A stretch of 64,000 nucleotides of DNA from Acidobacteriota bacterium. GTDB lineage: Bacteria > Acidobacteriota > Vicinamibacteria > Vicinamibacterales > UBA2999. The translations under genes and the position numbers were made by a program. The notes beneath the pieces are model-generated. The model had not been told where the DNA came from. It saw only the letters and a list, made by a program, of their open reading frames with translations, and ran no database searches. The stretch covers positions 6,466 to 70,465 of the forward strand of contig JALDXQ010000003.1 in NCBI GenBank assembly GCA_032156805.1, read 5' to 3'. Positions 49,301 through 58,382 of the stretch are shown here, piece by piece (position 1 is the first letter of the stretch; each line of letters opens with the position of its first letter).

Positions 49301-49467
49301 GGACGCGAACCAACGTGGCGATCGACATCTACAACCTGTTCAACAGCAATACGGGAACGGTCTACAACCAGACGTACGATCCCGTTACCAACGGTGCGAC
49401 GTGGCTCGCGCCGACTCAAGTGTTGAATGCGCGCTTTGCGCGTTTCAATGTGACCTTCGACTTCTAG
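46366..49467 (+). CDS. TonB-dependent receptor, Cys-containing family
   Basis: VAGIVRDSSGAILPGVTVEAASPAL, YVQDQW, C-terminal FDF; close paralogue of 28984. Confidence 0.9.
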   Translation: MRALAIGSFVVAVLLLLSTPAFSQGVAGIVRDSSGAILPGVTVEAASPALIEKSRTVVTDGTGQYRIVDLEPGTYIVTFTLPGFTTVRREDIQLSGAGVTTVNADMRVGAVEETITVSGATPIIDTQTSTKREVVLADEVLAAVPVTRTYGSVLAMVPGVQSLTLDVNSTQSVGGTATNFFFTSRGGRGNEGTVQVDGMNVGSAFGGGGVSSFAYDFVNAQEVQVTVAGGMGEVDRGGPAFNIIPKSGGNNFNGTAFLSTAGEWSQGSNLDDDLRRVGITEPPGLIKNYDTNLAIGGPIKRDRLWFFNNLRTYGTHQDVPGIYANANALDPTKWSYVRDLDVPSRSAGSKKIEAIRLTGQLTQKNKLGFYYDYQANCAGSALVNTGDGCRERGDDWIALGSTTISPESGNMWPEREKITQATWTSPATNRILMEAGFSQFSSKWGGYVPPGSQTHLAAVTEQSTAAGVPTPNFVYRGWNSAASNNQQHYIWRGSLAYVTGAHSFKVGYQAAHEVYRQIQNVDNQLSYTFNNGVPTQFTMRIGPHIQSNRTRYDGFYVQDQWTHKRLTVQGALRYEHAWSWFPEGENGITADNQFGSRFIFPRQDGVTGFHDITPRMGAAYDLFGNGKTSLKVNFSKYLETAQNGGLYTINNPAVTFQQTTNRSWTDGNRNFNPDCDLMNPAAQNNLASGGDNCGAWSNSNFGNPFVTTQVNPDVQNGWGVRQYDWQFGVAVQHEIIPRVAIDVSYNRRWWGNHFFTDNRALGPLDFDQVTITAPQNPNLPDGGGDPVTFLTRNTRSPLGATDNYFTSASDYGDVTTYWHGVDAQVSARLPNQLFLQLGMSGGKGVRDYCAVADQLPELYVTTGSLLVNQQVASCAIDEDWLTSIRGLASYTLPRIDVLVSGTFRSTPGVAPAGNAVASNGNSLSANYNVTSAILLPQTGRPLVPGLPFQTVNLLLQGHTFPDQLNSLDLRVGKNLRFGRTRTNVAIDIYNLFNSNTGTVYNQTYDPVTNGATWLAPTQVLNARFARFNVTFDF

Positions 49468-49484
49468 TCATCGATTGCGAGGGA

Positions 49485-49509
49485 AGGGGACGCTCACCAA
49501 GCGTCCCCT
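49485..49509 (+). terminator. Perfect 10-bp hairpin after the receptor gene (no U-tract)
   Basis: AGGGGACGCT-CACCA-AGCGTCCCCT. Confidence 0.5.
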
Positions 49510-49608
49510 GACCGTACCTCGACGGAGCCTCCAGACGAGACCAAACGCGTACTGGCTTCTCGTCGTATAGTGCAGTCGAATCGTATTCGACTGATTTCCG
49601 GGGGCTTC

Positions 49609-50526
49609 ATGACTTCGTACCTGCGAATGACGGCCGCAGTGGCCGTGGCGCTCGCCTTCTCTGTATCCGCCGCGGCCCAGTGGCCGTCTCATCCGACTCC
49701 AGGCGTGCCGCGTCAGGACGGCAAGCCGATCCTCGATGGACCGCCGCCGCGGACGGCAGAGGGCAAGGTGGATTTCTCCGGTATCTGGCAGCTCGTCTTC
49801 GGCGGTGGCCGGGGCCGTGGCGCGGGACCAGCGCAGCCGACGCCCCCGCCTGACCCGAATGCGATCCCGAACTCGACGTTTGGCGAAGTGGCTGGTCGCG
49901 GCTATCCGCTGCCAATGCAGCCATGGGCCGAGGCGCTCAAAAAGGAGCGGATGGCCGACAACATGAAAGACAACCCGGACGTGTGGTGCCTGCCGATCGG
50001 CATCATGCAGTACCACAACCATCCGCAGCCACGTCAGATCGTGCAGACGAAGAACCTGACGCTCATCACCTACGAGTCGAACTACGGACTGCGCTACATC
50101 TACACGGACGGTCGTCCGGCGCCGAACAATGACCCGACCCCGTGGTGGTTCGGCTACTCTCGCGGCTGGTGGGAGGGCGACGACACGTTCGTAGTCGAGA
50201 CGACGAACTTCCTGGGTGATGAGCGTGCCGGCTGGCTCGACGTCAACGGCAGCCCCTACACCGACGCCCTGAAGCTGACCGAGCGCTACCGTCGTCCGAC
50301 GTTCGGGACTCTGCAGATCGACGTGACGATCGACGATCCGAAGGCGTATACGCGGCCGTTCACCGTGCGTGTGAACCATCGGCTGCTGGTCGATCAGGAG
50401 ATGATCGAGTTCGTCTGCAACGAGAACGAGCGCTCGACGAACCACATCGACCCTCCGGCGTGGATGAAGGGCGCGCCGCCGAGGCAGCTCGGACCGGATA
50501 TGCCATTGAGGACGCCCGCGAAGTAG
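49609..50526 (+). CDS. Exported 'GKPDLSGxW' family protein
   Basis: Signal peptide, QWP, GKVDFSGIW, WCLPIG, EFVCNENE. Confidence 0.8.
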   Translation: MTSYLRMTAAVAVALAFSVSAAAQWPSHPTPGVPRQDGKPILDGPPPRTAEGKVDFSGIWQLVFGGGRGRGAGPAQPTPPPDPNAIPNSTFGEVAGRGYPLPMQPWAEALKKERMADNMKDNPDVWCLPIGIMQYHNHPQPRQIVQTKNLTLITYESNYGLRYIYTDGRPAPNNDPTPWWFGYSRGWWEGDDTFVVETTNFLGDERAGWLDVNGSPYTDALKLTERYRRPTFGTLQIDVTIDDPKAYTRPFTVRVNHRLLVDQEMIEFVCNENERSTNHIDPPAWMKGAPPRQLGPDMPLRTPAK

Positions 50527-50562
50527 CACTGATACCCAGCCCTGAGGACGAGGAGAACACAC

Positions 50563-51132
50563 GTGGAACGCGACGACTTCAACAATGCGGCAAGGACGCT
50601 CGAAGATGCCTTTTTTGCCAAGGAGAATGCCCGGCTTCTGCAACAGATGCGTGACCGTGCCACGCAGCAGGAGCGGCGGGCGGCCATGCGCGAGGTGGTG
50701 CGCGTCAATGACGACGCGTTCATCGACCACTTGATCGAGCTCGGGCTCGGGCCGGAGACAGTACTGGCGCTGCAACTCGTGCCTCTGGCGGCCATCGCGT
50801 GGGCCGACGGGCAGATCGAACCGCGCGAGCGCGACGCGGTGCTGAAGGCTGCGGCGGCTCAGGGCGTGCCGCCGGACAGCGTCGCCGGGCGGATGCTCGA
50901 CAGCTGGCTGATGCAGCAGCCTGGTCCGGAGCTCGTGGACGCGTGGAAGCAGCAGATGCGGGCGCTCTGGCCGTCGCTCTCGCAGAAGGAACGTGACGAG
51001 ATCCGCAGGTCGGCACTCGAGCGCGCACGCAGCGTCGCGGAGGCGGCCGGTGGCTTCCTTGGTCTGACCTCGCGAATCTCACCGCAGGAGAAGGCCGTGA
51101 TGGACGAACTGGCCCACGCGCTCGCGGACTGA
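50563..51132 (+). CDS. TerB-like domain protein with N-terminal coiled helix
   Basis: AIAWADGQIEPRER is TerB-like; GAGGAG RBS before the GTG start. Confidence 0.65.
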   Translation: MERDDFNNAARTLEDAFFAKENARLLQQMRDRATQQERRAAMREVVRVNDDAFIDHLIELGLGPETVLALQLVPLAAIAWADGQIEPRERDAVLKAAAAQGVPPDSVAGRMLDSWLMQQPGPELVDAWKQQMRALWPSLSQKERDEIRRSALERARSVAEAAGGFLGLTSRISPQEKAVMDELAHALAD

Positions 51133-51150
51133 GATCTCTCGGAGCGTCAC

Positions 51151-51555
51151 ATGGCCCATGCCGCCAAACACCCGTACGTCGACTGGCTGGAGCGATATCG
51201 TCGGGCGTGGATTGAACGAGACGCCGACGCCGCCAGCCGGTTGTTCACGCAGGACGCGACGTATCGCGAACAACCGTTTCAGGCGCCGTTCGTCGGTCGT
51301 GCCGCGATTCGGGAGTACTGGAGCAAGGTCACCGCGTCGCAGGCCAGCGTCGAACTTCGTTACGGCAAGGCGATTGTCGACGGCTCCCGGCTGGCCGTGG
51401 AATGGTGGGCGAACCTGCAGGCCGACGGCGCTCCGCTCACGTTGGCGGGTGAGTTCCTGCTGCTGTTCGCCGAGACGGGGGAGTGTCGTGAACTGCGCGA
51501 GTATTGGGTACTCTCGCAGGGACGCGTTGAGCCACCGCTCGGGTGGGGCGAGTGA
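51151..51555 (+). CDS. NTF2-like / SnoaL-like protein
   Basis: LFTQDATY, GRAAIREYW, ELREYW. Confidence 0.85.
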   Translation: MAHAAKHPYVDWLERYRRAWIERDADAASRLFTQDATYREQPFQAPFVGRAAIREYWSKVTASQASVELRYGKAIVDGSRLAVEWWANLQADGAPLTLAGEFLLLFAETGECRELREYWVLSQGRVEPPLGWGE

Positions 51556-51559
51556 CCGT

Positions 51560-52030
51560 TCACGCGTACAGGTACGAACGCTTGTGGTGGTAGACCACCG
51601 CCGTCACGAGCCTTCCGCAACTGATACATGAGGCGTCTCGGCCCGCGTCGGACATCTCGAAAATGTTCTGCGGGCCCAGCAGGGTATCTCTCACCAACGC
51701 CTTCTCGTGAATGCGCTGCTTCAGTGCGGTGACGACGACATCCAGAGCACTCGGGGTCCGTCCGCACGAGCACACCTCAGACCCTGCCGCCGGTATCATG
51801 CCGAATTCCTTCATGTGGCCCATCGGCAGATCGAGCAGCCCTTCGAGATATCGAAGCTCATCCGGTGGCGTGAGTCGGTATCTCTTATCACTCGTGACGA
51901 GCGCACTGGCTTTCTCCATCGTCTTGTCATCCAGTATGACCTTCGTCGCGTACCCCTTCGATTTCAGATGGCGCTTGAGCGTGTCGATGTCTTTCATGGT
52001 GCCTGATTGCGGGTCGATGCTCAGTGACAT
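51560..52030 (-). CDS. Hypothetical protein with split Cys motif (putative Zn-binding)
   Basis: GAGGAG RBS; CSCGR...CISCGR. Confidence 0.65.
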   Translation of the reverse strand: MSLSIDPQSGTMKDIDTLKRHLKSKGYATKVILDDKTMEKASALVTSDKRYRLTPPDELRYLEGLLDLPMGHMKEFGMIPAAGSEVCSCGRTPSALDVVVTALKQRIHEKALVRDTLLGPQNIFEMSDAGRDASCISCGRLVTAVVYHHKRSYLYA

Positions 52031-52088
52031 GAGGCTCCTCCTCGCAGGCAGATAGCACGCTGAAGGCGCGCTTTGCGCGGTTCGTTGT

Positions 52089-53018
<930 letters not shown>

Positions 53019-53477
53019 GTGATCCCCCGCGGAGCAAGGACCGGACCCATAGTCAGAGGCGCCGGTCGCGGGTGTGCGTCCATGATAGAACGTCACCCGA
53101 CCGGCGCGCTGCCTGGGCTGCTTGACTCTGTTGCGGCGGATTGTAGGATCCCGCAGCACCTCGTCCGCACGCGGGTCGAGGATGCGGTTCGGTACATCGG
53201 AATCGGCAGTTGTCTGAATGATCTCGTTGGATGCCTCACTTCTAATTGGTCCTCGGCCTGGCGATGGTCATGCCCACCGTGAACGTACTCCCTGGAAGGA
53301 ACTCTTTCCGGCGGATTCCCAGAGATAACGCACGTTTACCAGCCCGATCAACCGCCCGCCTCACGACATTTCGTGAGCGTATCCCGTCGCTTGTGAGTGC
53401 GCGCACGTGGGCCCTGCTACTTCCTGGCAAGCTAGACCGAGATCAACACCGCCTCGGTCCACGTCATCTCCAGACTC

Positions 53478-53517
53478 CCCACTCCCAAACTTCTTGGGAG
53501 TGGGTTGGCAGTTGGAA
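53478..53517. repeat. CTCCCAA-family hairpin
   Basis: CCCACTCCCAA-ACTTC-TTGGGAGTGGG perfect 11-bp stem followed by TTGGCAGTTGGAA. Confidence 0.7.
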
Positions 53518-53532
53518 ATCGACAGGGACGCG

Positions 53533-53712
53533 CTACACGCCCAGAGGCGTCAGGTTATAGACGCGAGCCAGATCGTTGACGGCCGATCGCAGCACGCGGA
53601 TGTTCTTGGCGTTGGCCTCGAGCGTCGTTTGCGCGGTGTAGCTGGTGACATCGGCCAGCGTGGCGAACTTGACGTTGCCGACTTCCTTTGACGGTCTAGG
53701 GAACTGTGGCAA
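53533..53712 (-). pseudogene. Short ORF / probable 3' gene remnant, absent from the ORF track
   Basis: 59-codon frame ending KEVGNVKFATLADVTSYTAQTTLEANAKNIRVLRSAVNDLARVYNLTPLGV*; third positions strongly G/C; only a weak TTG start. Confidence 0.5.
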
Positions 53713-53741
53713 CCTTTGGCTTCCTGAGATCGTCTAGGGTA
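53683..53741. promoter_or_regulatory. Two imperfect 21-bp palindromes, putative PadR operators
   Basis: TTCCTTTGAC-G-GTCTAGGGAA (53683-53703) and TTCCTGAGAT-C-GTCTAGGGTA (53721-53741), just upstream of the PadR gene. Confidence 0.65.
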
Positions 53742-53763
53742 GACAAGGGGTAAGGGGTGACCG

Positions 53764-54108
53764 GTGGCCGTCAGACGTTTCGACTTGATCCAGGGAACGC
53801 TCGACCTGCTGGTGCTCAAAAGCCTCGGCACCGGGCCCAACCATGGCTACGGCATCGCGATGCGCATCCATCAGCTCTCCGACGATGTGCTGCGGATCGA
53901 GGAAGGCTCGCTGTATCCGGCGCTGTATCGGATGGAGGAGCAGGGGCTCATCGAGTCCGAATGGCGTGTCACCGACAACAACCGGAAGGCCAAGTTCTAC
54001 CGGCTGACGCGCAAGGGCCGGGCAGCGGCGGACGCCGAGCTCGATAGCTGGCTGCGACTGTCCAAGGCCGTTACACGCGTACTGCGCGGGCTGGAACAGG
54101 GGGCGTGA
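53764..54108 (+). CDS. PadR-family transcriptional regulator (acidobacterial type)
   Basis: QGTLDLLVLK, HGYGI, EEGSLYPALYR, NNRKAKFY. Confidence 0.95.
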   Translation: MAVRRFDLIQGTLDLLVLKSLGTGPNHGYGIAMRIHQLSDDVLRIEEGSLYPALYRMEEQGLIESEWRVTDNNRKAKFYRLTRKGRAAADAELDSWLRLSKAVTRVLRGLEQGA

Positions 54109-54109
54109 G

Positions 54110-56791
54110 ATGCAGCTTCGTCCACCGAGAGTTGTCCGCCGGCTGCTGTCGGTCCTGAACTGGCGGGCGCAAGACGACGACATGAACCAGGAGATGGCGT
54201 TCCATCTCGACGCGATCACCAGAGAGTACGTTCGTAACGGAATGAGCGAAGCCGACGCAGCGATTGCGGCCCGCAAGCAGTTTGGCAGCATCGTGCGTCA
54301 CAAGGAAGCCGGCCACGATGCGCGCACCGGGCATCTCGATCAGTTCGCCGCCGACGTGCGCTCCGGATTTCGCCAGCTCGTAAACGCCCGCGGATTTGCT
54401 TTCGTCGCGATCGTCACGCTGGCGCTTGGCATTGGCGTCAACACCGCCGTGTTCACCGTCGTCAAATCGGTGCTGCTCGATGCGCTGCCGTACACCGACG
54501 CTGACCAGCTCGTGCGCATTCATGGCGGCGCTGCCGCCTCCATCCAGGGGCGCGGGCCGCTGAGCGCGGGCTCGGTCGAGGAGATCGCCGCGCGGCAGCA
54601 GTCGTTCACGGCGCTGGCCGCGTTCGTCGATGTCGCGATCGATGCGGTCTATGGCCGCGAGGATGGCCCGCAGATCACCACCGTTGCGTGGGTTGAACCT
54701 CGATTCTTCGACACACTTGGTGTGTCACCGCTGCTCGGGCGGCCGTTTCGCAGCGACGATGCGGTCGATGGAATGGTGGCGCTCAGTGGCGGTGCGGTCG
54801 GGACGGATACGGGTGCGCCTGTGATGCTGTCGCACGCCGCGTGGGTGCGTCTTTTCGGAAGCGACGCGGCTGTCATCGGGCGCGAGGTGCGCATCAACGG
54901 CCTCGCGCGGACGGTGACTGGTGTCCTCCCGTCAGCGTTCATCGCCCCGATGGGCAACGTCGATTTCTACATCGCCTTCGATCGAGCGCCGGTTGTGGCC
55001 AACCCGATCGCCGTGCGTCGAGCCCAGTGGCTGGGTCTGGTAGGCCGACTCGCGCCCGGCGCGACACAGGACTCGGCCACGCGAGACGTCGAACGGATCT
55101 GGGCCGATCTGGCGCGCGAGTATCCTGCAGACAACGGGACGCTGCGCGCGAGCGCCATACCGCTGCGTGACGCGATGGTCGGGGACACACGTCCTCGTCT
55201 TCTCGTCCTGATGGCCGGCGCCGCGCTGGTGCTCGTGATCACCTGTGCGAACCTGGCCGCCACGCTGCTCGCGCGAGCACTGTCTCGGCGGAGGGAGTTT
55301 GCCCTCCGCGCCGCGCTCGGCGCGGGGCGCGCGCGCGTCGTGCGTCAGCTGTTGACCGAAAGCGTCGTGCTCGCGTTCGCCGGAGGTACCGCAGGCGTGC
55401 TGACTGCTGTCGTCGTGCTCGAGGTGCTCAGGGATCTGGCTGCACGGGCACTGCCGGTCCACGCCGACCTGTCGCTCGACTCGGGAGCGCTGCTGGCAAG
55501 CGCCGCCATCGCGCTGAGCACAGGGCTGCTGTTCGGCATCGCGCCGGCCGCCGTCGTTCGTGGCGACGCCCAGCGTACGTTGCGCGCCGACTCACGCGGG
55601 TCCACCGAGGGCCTGCAGTCGCGACGCGCACGCGGAATGCTCGTGGCCGGGCAGATGGCGCTGTGCGTCAGCCTGCTCGTTGGTGCGGGGCTGCTGACGC
55701 GAAGCCTGTGGGCGATGGCGGACGCATCGCTTGGGTTCGTTCCGGATTCCGTGCTGACTGGCGCGATTCAACTGCCGGTGCGCGACTACGGTGACCCGGG
55801 ATCACGGTTCCAGTTTCGCGAGCTGTTCGAGCATCGGCTTCGCGCACTTCCGGGCGTGCAATCGGTGGCAACGGCCACGTCGGTGCCGACACGGGTTCGG
55901 CAGCGCATGGGGGTCACGATCGAGGGGAGTCCGGCGAGCGAGGCGCAGCCGTTCGTGCTCGCGACTGTCGTGTCGGACGACTACTTCCGGACGCTGCAGA
56001 TTCTGCTTCGTCAGGGGCGGACCTTCGATGCGCGCGATCGCGTGGATGCGCCGCCAACAGTAGTCGTCAGCGAGACGATGGCAAAACGCTTCTGGCCAAC
56101 GGGGAACGCCGTGGGCTCGCGCCTGCGCCTCGGCCCCGACCCGCAGTCGCCACTGATGGAAGTGATTGGCGTGGTCAGCGATGTCCGCAACGATCGCGCG
56201 AGACGCGATGCCGAGCCGATGGCGTATCGATCGTCGAGGCAGATCCCCGCACCCTTCTTGAGCGTCCTGCTACGCACCGAGAACGATCCGCTGGCGCTGA
56301 CGAGATCCGTCGAGCGGGAGTTGGCGGCGCTCGATCGCAGCCTGCCGCTGCAGCAGGTGGCGTCGCTCCAGGCCGTGCTCGACGATGGGCTTGCTGACCG
56401 GCGGCTGCCGGTCGTGCTGATGACGGCGTTCGGAGCATTGGCGCTGCTGCTGTCGTCCATGGGCGTTTACTCGCTCTTCGCGAGCATGACTGCCGCGCGC
56501 GAGCGCGAATTTGGTGTGCGTCTTGCGCTCGGATCGCGGCCGCGCGCCATCGCGGCGCTGGTGTTGCGACAGGGCGCTGGATGGATGGCGGCAGGCCTGG
56601 TCCTCGGCGCTGTTGGCATTGTCCTCGTCGTTCGTCTCGTGCGTGAGCTGCTCTACGGCGTGCCGCCGTTCGACCCGTTGACGATCGGTGCGTCGGTGGC
56701 GGTGCTCATCATGTGTGCAAGCGTTGCCTTGTTCGGCCCGTTGTATCGCGCGGCGCGAGTCGACGCCGTGGTGGCGCTGCGGTCCGAGTAG
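54110..56791 (+). CDS. ADOP-type duplicated ABC permease (MacB/FtsX domains)
   Basis: TLALGIGVNTAVF, CANLA, RRREFALRAALGA, REFGVRLALG. Confidence 0.93.
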   Translation: MQLRPPRVVRRLLSVLNWRAQDDDMNQEMAFHLDAITREYVRNGMSEADAAIAARKQFGSIVRHKEAGHDARTGHLDQFAADVRSGFRQLVNARGFAFVAIVTLALGIGVNTAVFTVVKSVLLDALPYTDADQLVRIHGGAAASIQGRGPLSAGSVEEIAARQQSFTALAAFVDVAIDAVYGREDGPQITTVAWVEPRFFDTLGVSPLLGRPFRSDDAVDGMVALSGGAVGTDTGAPVMLSHAAWVRLFGSDAAVIGREVRINGLARTVTGVLPSAFIAPMGNVDFYIAFDRAPVVANPIAVRRAQWLGLVGRLAPGATQDSATRDVERIWADLAREYPADNGTLRASAIPLRDAMVGDTRPRLLVLMAGAALVLVITCANLAATLLARALSRRREFALRAALGAGRARVVRQLLTESVVLAFAGGTAGVLTAVVVLEVLRDLAARALPVHADLSLDSGALLASAAIALSTGLLFGIAPAAVVRGDAQRTLRADSRGSTEGLQSRRARGMLVAGQMALCVSLLVGAGLLTRSLWAMADASLGFVPDSVLTGAIQLPVRDYGDPGSRFQFRELFEHRLRALPGVQSVATATSVPTRVRQRMGVTIEGSPASEAQPFVLATVVSDDYFRTLQILLRQGRTFDARDRVDAPPTVVVSETMAKRFWPTGNAVGSRLRLGPDPQSPLMEVIGVVSDVRNDRARRDAEPMAYRSSRQIPAPFLSVLLRTENDPLALTRSVERELAALDRSLPLQQVASLQAVLDDGLADRRLPVVLMTAFGALALLLSSMGVYSLFASMTAAREREFGVRLALGSRPRAIAALVLRQGAGWMAAGLVLGAVGIVLVVRLVRELLYGVPPFDPLTIGASVAVLIMCASVALFGPLYRAARVDAVVALRSE

Positions 56792-56867
56792 TCGGTGTGA
56801 GGTCCCCGGCGTGGAGGCGGTGCCGCGGGAGACTGACACGCGGCCGGGCGCTGTTGCGGCGCGACGA

Positions 56868-57212
56868 TCAGCGGCCCGACCGCCGGCGTCGTCTCGGTGC
56901 GGGACGCCGCTTCGCTGTGCGGGCAGTCGGACCGTAGACCAGATAACCGCGGTCGCGCAGCTCGTCGGCCAGAGCCGGTTCGGTCAGCGCGGCTTCCTCG
57001 TACGGCATCGGTGGGATACCGTCGTACCACTCAGGTGCGAGCTCGACGCCATACTTCGTGACCACACTCGCCGACTTGTATCCGCGCTTGTGGTTCGCAA
57101 AGCGCTCCTCGATCGGCAAGCCCGTCATGCCGACATAGAACGCCGCACGATGGTCGCCCCGTCGCGGATTTCGAAGACGGATCACATAGACGCGATGGTG
57201 TGCCGTCTTCAT
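56868..57212 (-). CDS. Small GIY-YIG-like nuclease-fold protein
   Basis: VYVIRL...FYVGMTG...ERFANH; E..LA..LR. Confidence 0.65.
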   Translation of the reverse strand: MKTAHHRVYVIRLRNPRRGDHRAAFYVGMTGLPIEERFANHKRGYKSASVVTKYGVELAPEWYDGIPPMPYEEAALTEPALADELRDRGYLVYGPTARTAKRRPAPRRRRRSGR

Positions 57213-57219
57213 GAGCTCG

Positions 57220-57678
57220 TCAGGAGAGATAGTCCTGTGCCGACACGACCAGCAGGACCTGGCAGCCTTCGTCGGTCCACATCTCGGTGTGCTCGGTATG
57301 CGGATCGGCGTGAACGAAGTCGCCGGCGGTCAAACGCCGGCCCCATGTGACGAGGCTGCCGGAGATCACGTAGCACTCTTCCGCGCCCTTGTGGTGATGG
57401 GCCGGGAAGCGGGTGCCGGGAGCGACATCGAAAAACAGCGTCGCGTATCCGTTGTCGCGATTCATCGACAAGACCCGCACGCGAATGCCGGGGATCGGGT
57501 GCTGGATCCACTTGTCGAACTCGGCCGCCATGTTGAATGTGAAGCCCACGGGCGCGGTCGTCGCCTCGGAGTGGATCGCGGCCATCAGCCGTGTCTTGAC
57601 CTCGGGACGCGGTGCGTCCGTGCCATCGGCGGCCAACTCAGCGAGCGCGAGTTCCAGATCCCCGAAGTCGATGGTCAT
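57220..57678 (-). CDS. ChrR-like cupin anti-sigma factor with short N-terminus
   Basis: FPAHHHKGAEECYVISG, GDFVHA..TEH; ATGA overlap with the sigma stop. Confidence 0.8.
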   Translation of the reverse strand: MTIDFGDLELALAELAADGTDAPRPEVKTRLMAAIHSEATTAPVGFTFNMAAEFDKWIQHPIPGIRVRVLSMNRDNGYATLFFDVAPGTRFPAHHHKGAEECYVISGSLVTWGRRLTAGDFVHADPHTEHTEMWTDEGCQVLLVVSAQDYLS

Positions 57679-58280
57679 ACCTGGTAGCATCCGTGCGTGC
57701 CAGCCATCGTCGGCTGGAGCTCACGCCTGAGGGTCGTCAGGGCCGATCGGATCCTGGTCTTCACCGTCCCGAGTGGAAGATTGAACCGTTCCGCCAGTTC
57801 CGAGTGGGTGAGTCCCAGGAAGTACGCGTGCTCGAGCAGTTGACGATCTTCAACGCGCAGCCCGCCGAGTGCCCGCGCCAGGACGATCTGCTGCTCCGAC
57901 TGTGCGGCATACGCTTCGGGACCTCGAACCGGTGCAGGCGGCAGCGTTGCCTCCAGATGGCGCGCACGAATCCCATTCGCGCGCAGGCGATCGATGGCTT
58001 GATTCCGCGCGATGCGCACCAACCACTGGATGGGCGCACCGAGCTCCGGCTTGTAGGTGTCCGCGCGTCTCCAGACCTGCAGGAACACGTCCTGGAGTAC
58101 TTCTTCGGCTTCGTGCGTGTTGCCGAGTACGCGGAGGATCAACCCGAACAGCAGACGGCTGTGGCGATCGTAAAGTTCGCCCACTGCGTCGGGTTCGCGC
58201 GCAACGATGCGCGCGAGCAAGCTGACGTCGTGCTGAGTGTCGGTCATCAAGGTGTCAGGCAGTGAATCGTGAACGGTCAC
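57675..58280 (-). CDS. ECF RNA polymerase sigma factor
   Basis: ELYDRHSRLLFGLILR, AEEVLQDVF, HSELAERFNLPLGTVKTRIR; start may be 58247. Confidence 0.95.
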   Translation of the reverse strand: MTVHDSLPDTLMTDTQHDVSLLARIVAREPDAVGELYDRHSRLLFGLILRVLGNTHEAEEVLQDVFLQVWRRADTYKPELGAPIQWLVRIARNQAIDRLRANGIRARHLEATLPPAPVRGPEAYAAQSEQQIVLARALGGLRVEDRQLLEHAYFLGLTHSELAERFNLPLGTVKTRIRSALTTLRRELQPTMAGTHGCYQV

Positions 58281-58330
58281 CCTGAAGCTCAGCGCTAGTG
58301 CGCCGCTGCATCGTCCACCTTTATTACCTT

Positions 58331-58359
58331 AATACGTGTATGCCCGCCGAGTGGATTGC
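58331..58359 (-). promoter_or_regulatory. Putative ECF autoregulatory promoter
   Basis: Minus strand GCAATCC-16 bp-CGTATT upstream of the sigma gene. Confidence 0.5.
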
Positions 58360-58382
58360 CCCAGCCGATCCAGGAGTTCTGC

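Noticed and set aside
56868-57212. GIY-YIG protein as a homing endonuclease or mobile element
   Set aside because: Stand-alone 114-aa domain with no intron, terminal repeats or transposase.
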